Assembly: GCA_016179865.1 (NCBI GenBank)
Contig: JACPCJ010000114.1
Span: 23,108-87,107, forward strand
Length of the DNA stretch: 64,000 bases
Direction: 5' to 3'
From: Actinomycetota bacterium
Lineage (GTDB): Bacteria > Actinomycetota > Acidimicrobiia > IMCC26256 > JACPCJ01
The notes under the pieces were generated by a model. It made no database searches and was not told the DNA's origin. It worked only from the letters and a program-made list of their open reading frames with translations. Below, one piece after another: positions 41,235-49,980 of the stretch. The first letter of the stretch is position 1, and each line of letters starts with the position of its first letter. The translations under genes and the position numbers were made by a program.

Positions 41235-41351
41235 GGCTCATCTCCCCGCTGCGCCCGATGAAGGCGCATCCCGCTTCGACCCCGCCGGGAGATTCGCCGC
41301 CGGTCTGCCCAGTTCCTGCCTGGCGCGCGCCGGTTTTCGTAGCCTGGCCCG

Positions 41352-42212
41352 ATGCGCTGGGCGGTGTTGGTCGCGCTCCTGGTCGGCCCCACGCTGGCCG
41401 GGTGCGCCGGCGACGACGACGCCGTTCGCAGGGCTCCCTGCCCCGAGGTCACGCCGACCACCACGGCCGGCTCCTACGGCGGCGTTCTCCTCGACACCCG
41501 GGTTCAGCTCACCGGCCCCGACGTCACAAAGGCGCTGTCGTGCGTGCTCGAGCCGAACGAGGTGACCAAGGCGGTGCTGGTGGCGCCCATGGACCCGAAC
41601 GACAGCTTCCGCACCGAGTTGGCCTATCGAGAGGCTGTGCGGGGTGAGGAAGGCTCGTACCTCCCGTTCCTCACGGTGGTCGGGTCGGACCTCACCCGGG
41701 CCGCCCTCGACCGGATCCTGCGAGAGGTGGGGCTGTTCTTCCGGGGTGTGTGGGTCGAACGCCTGAGCGAGGTGCCCGCCGACGTGTACGAGCGCGCCGT
41801 CGACGCCGACCTCTTCATCGCCGTCCCCCTGGGTGGCGCCGGCGGACTCGCCAAGCTCGAGGCGGCCCTGGGCCGCAACCCCAAGGTCAAGATCCTGGTG
41901 GAAGCGACGAGGCCGCCCGAAGGGCTCGCCGACCTCGTGCGATCTCAGCCGGGGCTGTTCATCTCGATCGAGGCTCCCGACGCCGGTGCCGTCGACGGGT
42001 GGCTCCCGGTGATCCAGGCGGCACCGGATCGTGTGATGTGGGCGAGCGGGGTCGGGGGAGCGAGCGCCGCCGCCCCCGACGCTTACGGCCGCCCGGTGGC
42101 CAACGGGCGGGCGTTCATCGGCCGCCTCCCGCGCCCCATGCAGGAACCGGTGGCCGCCGGCAACGCCCGTCGCCTCATGGGCGTCCCCGAACCTGTGGAG
42201 CCTGACGCCTGA
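41352..42212 (+). CDS. Lipoprotein, weak amidohydrolase-like C-terminus
   Basis: Lipobox LAGC in MRWAVLVALLVGPTLAGCAG. The functional call is weak. Confidence 0.65.
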   Translation: MRWAVLVALLVGPTLAGCAGDDDAVRRAPCPEVTPTTTAGSYGGVLLDTRVQLTGPDVTKALSCVLEPNEVTKAVLVAPMDPNDSFRTELAYREAVRGEEGSYLPFLTVVGSDLTRAALDRILREVGLFFRGVWVERLSEVPADVYERAVDADLFIAVPLGGAGGLAKLEAALGRNPKVKILVEATRPPEGLADLVRSQPGLFISIEAPDAGAVDGWLPVIQAAPDRVMWASGVGGASAAAPDAYGRPVANGRAFIGRLPRPMQEPVAAGNARRLMGVPEPVEPDA

Positions 42213-42216
42213 CCCC

Positions 42217-42306
42217 GACCTCGCTTTTGCCCGATCGCGCCCGGCGGGCGCGGCGTCCCGGGGCACAACCGCGACGAGCTGCCGTGCTTCTGCCCGATCG
42301 CGCCGC
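42217..42306. repeat. Family C repeat block C2 (two direct TTYTGCCCGATCGCGCC cores)
   Basis: cctcgcttttgcccgatcgcgcc...cttctgcccgatcgcgccgcc. The first 16 nt are identical to 43330-43345. Confidence 0.75.
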
Positions 42307-43227
42307 CTATGCCGCGCGGGATGGCGCAGAAGCGACGGCGGCGATGGCGCAGATCTCATTCGGCGTCGTCTTCCCCTTCGTGAGTGGCCACACCGTCCAT
42401 CCGCCGCGCTGGAGGATTCGGAAGCGCCGGTAGTCGTCGTCGAAGTCGGTCTTCTGCTCGTGCCAGTGCTTTCCCAGATGCTCGAGACAGTGCATGGTGT
42501 CGGGCCAGGCGTAGTCGAGTTCGAACGCCCGTCCTTCGAGTCGGACGCGGAATTGCTGAACGGGGAGGGGGTAGCCAGCCCGCTTCAGGATCCTGAGGAC
42601 GTCGAGTTCCTCGTTGCTCCCGCCCGGGTCATAGCCGGGAACCCGCTCCGCCAGCGCCAGGCGCACCGGGCGGATCTTCCGACGCCCGGAGAACGGCACT
42701 TCGTGCGCGCACCGGGTGAGACCCGGGAGGGTCACGAGTTGGCGCCGGAGTGCATCGTCGATCGCCCGCTCGTAGCGGGGGAACGGCAGGAGTCCGCAGG
42801 CGTCGACCAGCGTTCGAGCGACGCTCGTGACGGGGATGTGGTCGACCTTGGTCCGATGATGCCCGGGGAGGAACTTCGTGAGGTGGGCGCGGACTCCGGC
42901 GACCTTGGGGCGAACGTCGGTGGTCAAGAGGTCGATGGCGTCGAGGTCGAGGCGGTCGAACCCGCGCAGACCCCAGAGAACGGTTGCGCAGGCGTGACTG
43001 AGAACGCAGTCGGCTTGGCTGGCCAGCACCGCGGCGTGCCAGGCCTGCCGCCGCGTGACTTCACCGCCGAGCGTGCGGTAGACGCGCGGCCGCACGGGGA
43101 TGAGGTGTCCCAGTCGTACGAGCCGTTCGATCTGATGCCTCGTCAACCCGACCGACCCCAGTTGGGCGGTCGTCAGCAAGCTGTGCTGCTTCTGCGCGAG
43201 ACGGTCAAGGGCGGAAGGGGACTTCAT
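42307..43227 (-). CDS. AbiEi-type wHTH / DUF559 endonuclease-domain protein, paralog 2
   Basis: HSLLTTAQLGSVGLTRHQIERLVRLGHLIPVRPRVYR. C-terminus YAWPDTMHCLEHLGKHWH...FRILQRGGWTVWPL. ATG 43227. Confidence 0.82.
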   Translation of the reverse strand: MKSPSALDRLAQKQHSLLTTAQLGSVGLTRHQIERLVRLGHLIPVRPRVYRTLGGEVTRRQAWHAAVLASQADCVLSHACATVLWGLRGFDRLDLDAIDLLTTDVRPKVAGVRAHLTKFLPGHHRTKVDHIPVTSVARTLVDACGLLPFPRYERAIDDALRRQLVTLPGLTRCAHEVPFSGRRKIRPVRLALAERVPGYDPGGSNEELDVLRILKRAGYPLPVQQFRVRLEGRAFELDYAWPDTMHCLEHLGKHWHEQKTDFDDDYRRFRILQRGGWTVWPLTKGKTTPNEICAIAAVASAPSRAA

Positions 43228-43329
43228 CGGCTTCTCCCTGGTGGCGAGACAACGACCCTGGATCCGGGGGAAGTGCAGGGGGAAGCCGTCCGTCACCGTA
43301 CGCCGGGGGTGTGACAGTTCCTCGCTTTT

Positions 43330-43375
43330 GCCCGAACCCGCCGCGCCCGCCGGGGGCAGAAGCGCAAAAGCCAGG
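43330..43375. repeat. Family C repeat C3 (hairpin cgcttttgccc...gggcagaagcg)
   Basis: cctcgcttttgcccgaacccgccgcgcccgccgggggcagaagcgcaaaagc. Confidence 0.7.
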
Positions 43376-43382
43376 GGAGGGG

Positions 43383-45101
43383 CTACGACGGGGAAGGTGC
43401 CCAGCGGGGCGCCAGCTCGTCGCGCAGGTCGCGCTTGAGGACCTTTCCCTGCGGGTTGCGAGGCAGCTCCTCGGCGCGGAGGTCGATGAACTTGGGCACC
43501 TTGAAGGCGGCCAGGTGCCCGGCCACATGGTCGCGCAGCTCGTCGGCGGTGACCGAGGAGCCGTCCCGAACCTGGACGGCGGCTCCGACCTCCTCACCCA
43601 GCACCTGGTCGGGCACTCCGAAGATGGCGACGTCGAGCACCTCGGGATGCTCGAAGAGGACGGCCTCCACCTCGGCGCAGTACACGTTCTCGCCCCCGCG
43701 GATCACCATGTCCTTCGCCCGATCGACGATGTAGATGAACCCCTCGTCGTCGAGCCGGGCCACGTCGCCGGAGTGGAGCCAGCCGTCGGTGATCGTCTCG
43801 GCCGTGGCGTCGGGGCGGTTCCAGTACCCCGTCACCACGTTGGGCCCCTTGATCCACAGCTCGCCGACCTCGCCGAGGGGTACGTCGGCGCCGTCATCGC
43901 CGACGACCCTCACCTCGCACACGGGGACGGGCGGGCCGACCGAATCGGGCTTGGCCACGTAGTCGTCGCCGGAATTGAGGCTGGTCACCGACGACGTCTC
44001 GGTGAGGCCGTAGCCGTTGCCGGGCGACACCCGGGGGAAGCGTTCCCGGATGCGCTTGACCAGCTCGGGCGGCGCCGGGGCGCCCCCATACGACACCGAG
44101 CGCACCGACGAGGTGTCGTACTTCTCGAACTCGGGGTGCTCGACGACCTGCCACGCCATGGCCGGGACGCCGCCCATGATGGTGACGCGCTCCCGCTCGA
44201 TCAGCTCCAGGGCCCGGGTGGGATCCCACTTGTGCATCATGACGAGCTTCCCGCCCGCGGCCGTGTTGGCCACCAACACCGAGTGGCAGCCGGTGGCGTG
44301 GAAGAGGGGCACCGACAGCAGGTTGGCGTTCTGCTCGCCCGCCGCCGCCGACTGGAGCAGGTCACCCCCGCCCCGCATCGCCTGGCGGAAGGCGATGAAC
44401 ATCAGGCTCATCAGGTTGGTGCAGATGTTGCGGTGGGTGCCGAGGGCCCCCTTGGGCTTCCCCGTGGTGCCCGACGTGTAGAAGATCGTGGCGTCGTCTT
44501 CGGGATCGAGGGTGACGTCGGGGAGGGTCGGCTCGGCCGGCCCGCCCGCCACGGCGTCGTCCCAGCTCAGCCAGCCGCTGGCGACGTCGCCCTCGGGCCG
44601 GGCGACGATCCGCGTGGTGATGGCCGCGGGCAGGGAGGTGGCCAGCGGTTCGGCACGCTCGCCGTCGGCGAAGAGCACGGTGCTTCCGGAGTCGGAGAGG
44701 CCGAACTCCAGTTCTTCGCCGGTCCACCAGGCGTTGAGGGGCACGACGACGGCGCCGGCGGCGGTGGCGGCCCAGAACGCCGCCACCCACTCGGGGAAGT
44801 TGCGCATGGCGATGGCGACGCGGTCGCCCTTGGTCACGCCGAAGTCGTCGACGAGGCGGGTGGCGAGGCGGGCGACGAGGCGGTAGTGGTCGTCAAAGCT
44901 GACGCGTTCGTCCTCGTAGACGAGGAAGTCCTTGTCGCCGTGCACCCGACTCATTTCGAGGACGGCCCGGAGTGACGGGGCAGCGTTCGCCCACACCCGG
45001 GTCTTCACGCCCCGGATGTCGATCTCGTCGATGGCGAACATTCCGCCGGGGGCGGTGAGCTGGTCGGTGGCTTCCTGGAGGGACATGGTCATGGGCCCCA
45101 T
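43383..45101 (-). CDS. Long-chain fatty-acid--CoA ligase (AMP-dependent synthetase)
   Basis: AMP-binding motif IFYTSGTTGKPKGALGTH, plus GYGLTETS, GDVARLDDEGFIYIVDRAKD. ATG 45101, 45092 or 45086. Upstream codons belong to repeat B3. Confidence 0.9.
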   Translation of the reverse strand: MGPMTMSLQEATDQLTAPGGMFAIDEIDIRGVKTRVWANAAPSLRAVLEMSRVHGDKDFLVYEDERVSFDDHYRLVARLATRLVDDFGVTKGDRVAIAMRNFPEWVAAFWAATAAGAVVVPLNAWWTGEELEFGLSDSGSTVLFADGERAEPLATSLPAAITTRIVARPEGDVASGWLSWDDAVAGGPAEPTLPDVTLDPEDDATIFYTSGTTGKPKGALGTHRNICTNLMSLMFIAFRQAMRGGGDLLQSAAAGEQNANLLSVPLFHATGCHSVLVANTAAGGKLVMMHKWDPTRALELIERERVTIMGGVPAMAWQVVEHPEFEKYDTSSVRSVSYGGAPAPPELVKRIRERFPRVSPGNGYGLTETSSVTSLNSGDDYVAKPDSVGPPVPVCEVRVVGDDGADVPLGEVGELWIKGPNVVTGYWNRPDATAETITDGWLHSGDVARLDDEGFIYIVDRAKDMVIRGGENVYCAEVEAVLFEHPEVLDVAIFGVPDQVLGEEVGAAVQVRDGSSVTADELRDHVAGHLAAFKVPKFIDLRAEELPRNPQGKVLKRDLRDELAPRWAPSPS

Positions 45102-45114
45102 CTTGACCCATCCC

Positions 45115-45170
45115 AAACTTTGGATCTTCGCGTGTCCTATGACGCGGCAGGCAACCAAAGTTCATTCCGG
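45115..45170 (-). repeat. Family B repeat B3 (inverted repeat at the 3' end of DUF559 unit 3; contains the gene's stop)
   Basis: caaactttggatcttcgcgtgtcctatgacgcggcaggcaaccaaagttcattccgg. Confidence 0.8.
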
Positions 45171-46066
45171 CGACGGGCGATGGTGCGATCCAGGTCGGCG
45201 GCGGTCTTGACCGGCGTCCCGACGATGGCGCTCCACGTGTACCGCCGGATCAGGAAGCCGCAGTCGATGATGCGATTCTGCCGGTCGGTGTCGTAGTCGA
45301 GGGCCTGACGCCCGACCCGGGTCTCGGCCCCGTCGAGCTCGATCGCCATTCGGAGGTCCGGGTAGGCGGCGTCGATTCGGCCGACGAAGCGGCCCTGCTC
45401 GTCGTAGAGCTCGAACTGGTAGACGGGCTCTGGCAGGCCGAACCGGCGGATGAGGCGCTGGAACTCGGCCTCGAGCACCGACTCGGCGGCATCGCTGCGC
45501 CCGGCCAGCGACTTCCGGAGCGGGCCGACCCCTCGCCGCCCTCGCCGTCCGACCTCGTCGAGCATGACCAGCAGATCGTCGTAGGTCGCGAGCCGGCGTG
45601 CCAAGGCGTGGTCGAGGGCCCGGTCGAGGACGCGCTGGGTCACCACGGCGCCGAGGTCGACGAGAGTGCGGACGGGGTCGGTGACGGGAATCGCCGCTCT
45701 CTCCGTCACGTATCCCGGCGTGAGATCGGTGCTGCGATGCACGACGGCCCCGTCAGGGCAGGCGCCGGAGCGCAGGTGCGTCGTCACCTCAACGTGGTCT
45801 CGGAAGGGCCCGTCGAGCTTCCACAGCGCCGCCGCCGATCGGTGCGACGCGGTCGCGTCACCCACGGAGAGCACGGCGGCGAGCAGCCGCTGCTCCCAGG
45901 TGTGGGGGCTTCCGGCGACCCGGTACACGCCCGGATGGACGACCTCCAGCCATCCTCGCGAGATGCGGGTCATGATCATGGTGTCGGTGAATCCGGCGGC
46001 GATGAGTTGGGCCCGGGTCACGAGCCCGTGGTGGGTGGTGGCGATTTGGGCAAGGAGTGCGTCCAT
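45137..46066 (-). CDS. AbiEi-type wHTH / DUF559 endonuclease-domain protein, paralog 3
   Basis: HHGLVTRAQLIAAGFTDTMIMTRISRGWLEVVHPGVYRV. The C-terminal half closely parallels paralog 1 (SVLEAEFQRLIRRFGLPEPVYQFEL...YDTDRQNR). Confidence 0.85.
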   Translation of the reverse strand: MDALLAQIATTHHGLVTRAQLIAAGFTDTMIMTRISRGWLEVVHPGVYRVAGSPHTWEQRLLAAVLSVGDATASHRSAAALWKLDGPFRDHVEVTTHLRSGACPDGAVVHRSTDLTPGYVTERAAIPVTDPVRTLVDLGAVVTQRVLDRALDHALARRLATYDDLLVMLDEVGRRGRRGVGPLRKSLAGRSDAAESVLEAEFQRLIRRFGLPEPVYQFELYDEQGRFVGRIDAAYPDLRMAIELDGAETRVGRQALDYDTDRQNRIIDCGFLIRRYTWSAIVGTPVKTAADLDRTIARRRNELWLPAAS

Positions 46067-46177
46067 GCCCGTGAGTTTCCCAGCCGGGTGTGACGGTTAC
46101 CCCTTCGTTGGCGACCCCCCTGCGGGCGGACGGCGGCGGCCGCCGGCCGGCGGGCGGCAGCCCCGGCGCCCCCGCAC

Positions 46178-46229
46178 GAACTTTGGGTGTCTACCGAGCC
46201 ATAGGAGGCGCGGAGATCCAAAGTTTGGG
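46178..46229 (+). repeat. Family B repeat B2 (inverted repeat upstream of DUF559 unit 3)
   Basis: cgaactttgggtgtctaccgagccataggaggcgcggagatccaaagtttgg. Confidence 0.8.
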
Positions 46230-46234
46230 GGCGG

Positions 46235-47185
46235 TCAGGTGGGGGACCCGTCTCGGCCGAGCCAGGAGAACTCGGCCGAGGCGGCGTTCAAGGCGCGCAG
46301 GCGCTCGTGTTCCCACCGCTCGTGCTCGAAGCGACGGGCGTTCACGAGCGCCTGCGCGGCGTACTCACCGAACGACGCGAGCACGCAAAGATCCAGGTCG
46401 GTGTACGGGCGGTCGTTGGTCGCCACCGCCAGCACGCCCAGCACGCCGCCGCCGTCCACGAGGGCCACGAGGGGCACGAGCATGGCCCGGTCGCTGGCGG
46501 ATCGGATGGGGACCCGGGCTTCGGCGACGGCCTCGATGGCGTCGTGGTCGAGGTGGCCGCCGCGGTCGGTACCCCGCGTCGCCGCCACCTCGGGCCGCCC
46601 GTCTCGCATCAGGAGCAGCGACCCGTCGGAGGCGTCGAACATGTCGAGGGCGGCCGTGAGCAGGGTGTCCACCACCGCCCCGGGATCGAGGCACGCCGAC
46701 AGTTCGCGCCCGGCCTCGAGCGCGGCCCGTAGCTGGCGGGCCTGCACCGAGAGCTGCTCCTTCTCAATTTGATCGTCGATGACGGATCCGGTGAGGCGCC
46801 GGAGGACCCGTTCCTTCTCCAGGCCGTAGGCGGCGAAGGCGAGGCTGACCACCGGCAGGCCGAGCCCGAGGAAGCGCTGGCTGACGGGAACCCGGCCGGC
46901 CACGTCGGGGAAGAGGGTGCTGGTGACGACGGCGAGGCTGACCAGGATCATCACCAGACTCATCACGGTCCAGAGCTGGCGGCGGCGCTGCTCGACGGCC
47001 GCCAACGTCAGGGCGGCATCGACTCGCATTCCCGCCGCTCGCACCTGGCGGCGGCGGTCGGCGCTGTCGTTCCGGGTCGCCTCGGGCCCCTGGTCTCGGC
47101 CCGGGTGATCGTCGTCATGCACGGGTTGGTCTTCCCCTGGCGTCTGACCCGGCCCTGATCCGTGTATCGGCGCAGGCGTCGTCAC
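46235..47185 (-). CDS. Membrane protein with two TM helices, coiled linker and C-terminal GAF domain
   Basis: TM segments LWTVMSLVMILVSLAVVTSTLF and FLGLGLPVVSLAFAAYGL. GAF-like DASDGSLLLMRDG...GVLGVLAVATN. Confidence 0.75.
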   Translation of the reverse strand: MTTPAPIHGSGPGQTPGEDQPVHDDDHPGRDQGPEATRNDSADRRRQVRAAGMRVDAALTLAAVEQRRRQLWTVMSLVMILVSLAVVTSTLFPDVAGRVPVSQRFLGLGLPVVSLAFAAYGLEKERVLRRLTGSVIDDQIEKEQLSVQARQLRAALEAGRELSACLDPGAVVDTLLTAALDMFDASDGSLLLMRDGRPEVAATRGTDRGGHLDHDAIEAVAEARVPIRSASDRAMLVPLVALVDGGGVLGVLAVATNDRPYTDLDLCVLASFGEYAAQALVNARRFEHERWEHERLRALNAASAEFSWLGRDGSPT

Positions 47186-47459
47186 GTTTACGCGTCGGGG
47201 TTCCGGCCGCGGGCATTCATACCGTTTTGGGCGGTGTTTGGCGGGGGAGACTTGCCCCAGGACGCGGCATCACCGGCTGGGAGGCGGACGTTCCCGGCCG
47301 GTGATGCCTGTGGGGGCTTGGTCTTTCGGGTCGAGCCCACGCTCAGGCGTGGACACCCGGTCGGGAGCATGTCTGGCCCGCGGCGACTCCGCCTGAGGAC
47401 GAAGCCATGACCTGGTGGGACCAAAGGCCCCGATGGGTACGGATGGTGCGAGCGACGCG

Positions 47460-49061
47460 TCAGGCGAGGTCGGCCCACACCGTGCGGGTGAAGGCCCACG
47501 GGTCGTCGGCGACCGCGGGTTCGAGTCCCAGCACCATGGTCGCCGCCCGAGTGGGTTCCCACGCCGGCCAGTCGGGAAGCTCGGCGGCCCCGGGCCCGAG
47601 CGGTCCTTCACGGGGGGGAACCGGCGTTCCGGCGCGAGCGAAGGCGGCCCAGGCGTCGCCGCACCCCGTGGCGAGCGTCTGCATCTCCGGCGTCGGCTCG
47701 CCGACGAAGAACATGGCCCCGGGGGCGGTGAGGTTGTCGAACGTGAAGGGGATGTCGACGGCGTGGGACGCGCCGAGGACGCCGCCCATGGCCGGTGATT
47801 GGAAGGCGAACTCGTAGCAGTAGGCGGCGGGGGCGTGGGGGGCGTGGGCCTCGAGGAGACGCAGGCACGGGACGCGAAAGACCCGGTCGGTGAGGATGGC
47901 CGACCAGAGGTCGATCTTCGTGACCTCGGCACCGAGGTGGTCGCGGCCAAGTTCCTGACGATAGGCGTCGACTACGTGGTCGAAGCCGTCGCCGAGGGCG
48001 GCGCCCATCCGAGCGGCCAGGGTGTCGTCGTCCAGCTGCGAGATCTCGGAGGCAAAGGCGGTGAAGAGCCTCATCTCTTCGGCCGTGCACCCGGTGAGGA
48101 GGGGAACGCCGGCGGCCGAGCCGGCGGCCACGGCGTCCAGGGGATGCTGGGCCAGCACCACGTCGTCGACGGTGGGCATGAACACGATGCCGATGCCCTG
48201 GCCGCCACCCCCGAACTGCTTTTGGACGAGGGCGTCTTGGGCCTCGAGGAGGCGCTCGGTCGGGATGTCGCGGAGGGCCTTGACGTCGGCGGGTGCGATG
48301 CCAAGAGCGTCGAGGAACTCGCGGGCGACGGCCGTGGCCGCGTCCCGGTCGGGGTGCACGTGGGCAAGGGCCCCGCTCTGAGGGATGGCCCGGTGGAAGA
48401 GTCCCGCGGCGGCGGGGGTGCCCAAGAGGGTCGAGGTGCTCATGGCCCCCGCCGACTCCCCGAAGATGGTCACGTTCCCGGGGTCGCCCCCGAAGGCGGT
48501 GATGTTCTCGTGGACCCAGCGGAGGACGGCCACCTGGTCGAGCAGGCCGCAATTTCCCGAGCCGGCGAACTCGTCGTCGCCCGAGCCCGAGCCCGAGCCC
48601 GAGCCCGGCCCGGCCACGTCGCCGAGGTGGAGGTAGCCGAGGGCCCCGAGCCGGTAGTTGCAGGTGACCACGACCACGTCCCGGTCACGGGCGAGGTGCA
48701 CGCCGTCGTACCAGGGAGTGCGCCCGTCGCCGAGGACGTACGACCCGCCGTGGTACCAGAGCATCACCGGCCGGCGGGCCCCGTCGCAGGCGGGGGTCCA
48801 CACGTTGAGGGTGAGGCACGAACCCTCGTCACTGGGCGGCGGCTGGGCCCCGAAGGCGGTGTGGAAGGGGGAGGGTGCTTGGGGGGCGATGGGGCTGAAC
48901 TCGAAGGCCTGGAACGTGTCGGCCCAGGGCTTGGGCGCCTGGGGGGCACGCCAGCGAAGGTCGCCGACGGGAGGGGCGGCGTAGGGGATGCCCCGGAACT
49001 GGAGCACGCCTCGCTTCTCGAATCCCTCGACCTTGCCCGATGCCGTCTCGATGATCGCCAT
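47460..49061 (-). CDS. Type B carboxylesterase (para-nitrobenzyl esterase-like)
   Basis: FRGIPYAAPPVGDLRWRAP, VMLWYHGGSYVLG, nucleophile IFGESAGA. ATG 49061. The upstream 250 codons of the ORF were rejected. Confidence 0.9.
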   Translation of the reverse strand: MAIIETASGKVEGFEKRGVLQFRGIPYAAPPVGDLRWRAPQAPKPWADTFQAFEFSPIAPQAPSPFHTAFGAQPPPSDEGSCLTLNVWTPACDGARRPVMLWYHGGSYVLGDGRTPWYDGVHLARDRDVVVVTCNYRLGALGYLHLGDVAGPGSGSGSGSGDDEFAGSGNCGLLDQVAVLRWVHENITAFGGDPGNVTIFGESAGAMSTSTLLGTPAAAGLFHRAIPQSGALAHVHPDRDAATAVAREFLDALGIAPADVKALRDIPTERLLEAQDALVQKQFGGGGQGIGIVFMPTVDDVVLAQHPLDAVAAGSAAGVPLLTGCTAEEMRLFTAFASEISQLDDDTLAARMGAALGDGFDHVVDAYRQELGRDHLGAEVTKIDLWSAILTDRVFRVPCLRLLEAHAPHAPAAYCYEFAFQSPAMGGVLGASHAVDIPFTFDNLTAPGAMFFVGEPTPEMQTLATGCGDAWAAFARAGTPVPPREGPLGPGAAELPDWPAWEPTRAATMVLGLEPAVADDPWAFTRTVWADLA

Positions 49062-49157
49062 CTGCCCTGCTCCTTCGGCCGTTCCGACCTCACTCGCCCG
49101 GCGCCGGGCACCCCTCGGGGGTCCCCACCCAGCGCCGATAGGGGAGACTACGGCGAC

Positions 49158-49919
49158 ATGGGTATGCGGCGCGGGTCGTGGATGGCGGGGACGGCGGCGG
49201 TGGTGGTGGCGGTCGGCGTGTGCGTGCGCCTCGGCGTCTGGCAGCTCGACCGGCTCGACGAGCGCCGGGCCTTCAACGAGTTGGTGGAGACGCGGGGACA
49301 GCTGCCGCCGGTGCCGCTCGAGGAGCTCGTCCCCACGGGGTCGCCCGCCGAGGTGGAGGCGGCGGAGTACCGGCGGGTCACGGCGTCGGGGGAGTGGGAC
49401 GGCGACTCCGAGTTCCTCATCGCGGGCCGGTCGTACCGGGGATCGCCCGGGTCGCACGTGGTCACGCCGTTGCGGCTCGACGGTGGCCGCGCCGTGCTCG
49501 TCGTGCGGGGGTTCGTACCGGTTGTCGATCCCGAGGAGCCGGTGCCCGACGCGGCCAAGCCGCCGACCGGTGAGGTGCGGGTGGTGGCGGCCGTCCGGAA
49601 GGGGGCCACGGGTGGGGAGCTCCGGGAGGCGGAGCCAGAAGCGAAGGCCGCGGGCACCCTTGGATACCCGACGAAGGTGAACCCGGAACTCCTCGGGGAG
49701 GTGCTCGGGTACGCGCTGTCGCCCGTCTCCTTGCAGGTGGAGGAGGAGCGGCCCAAGGAGCAAGGGTTGCCCATCCCGCTGCTGCCACCCGAGCCCGGTG
49801 AGGGACCGCACCTCGGGTACGCCGTCCAGTGGTTCGGCTTCGCCGTCGTGTTCGTGGTGGGGTGGGTGGTGCTCCTGCGCCGCTCGGCCCGAAAGCCCCG
49901 CGCGCCCGCCGCCGCCTGA
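49158..49919 (+). CDS. SURF1 family cytochrome oxidase assembly protein
   Basis: N-terminal TM then RLGVWQLDRLDERRAF, LVVRGFVP, HLGYAVQWFGFAVV. Only the last 253 codons of the 706-aa ORF are used. Confidence 0.85.
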   Translation: MGMRRGSWMAGTAAVVVAVGVCVRLGVWQLDRLDERRAFNELVETRGQLPPVPLEELVPTGSPAEVEAAEYRRVTASGEWDGDSEFLIAGRSYRGSPGSHVVTPLRLDGGRAVLVVRGFVPVVDPEEPVPDAAKPPTGEVRVVAAVRKGATGGELREAEPEAKAAGTLGYPTKVNPELLGEVLGYALSPVSLQVEEERPKEQGLPIPLLPPEPGEGPHLGYAVQWFGFAVVFVVGWVVLLRRSARKPRAPAAA

Positions 49920-49921
49920 CT

Positions 49922-49978
49922 CCGAATTTGGTTTCGTTTCTCACACCCCGCCGCAGTTGGGCCACCAAGTTTGCAACG
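49922..49978 (-). repeat. Family A repeat, solo copy A3
   Basis: ccgaatttggtttcgtttctcacaccccgccgcagttgggccaccaagtttgcaacg. The first 24 nt are identical to the reverse complement of 20057-20080. Confidence 0.8.
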
Positions 49979-49980
49979 GC

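Noticed and set aside
39700-41241. 513-aa minus-strand ORF in an alternative frame to the PLC-like gene
   Set aside because: It is extreme Arg/Pro/Gly-rich low complexity. The 39729-41234 frame has a signal peptide and PI-PLC-like motifs.
47799-49157. N-terminal 453 codons of the 706-aa plus-strand ORF
   Set aside because: They are antisense to the carboxylesterase gene and Gly/Val/Glu-rich. Only the last 253 codons, from ATG 49158, match SURF1.
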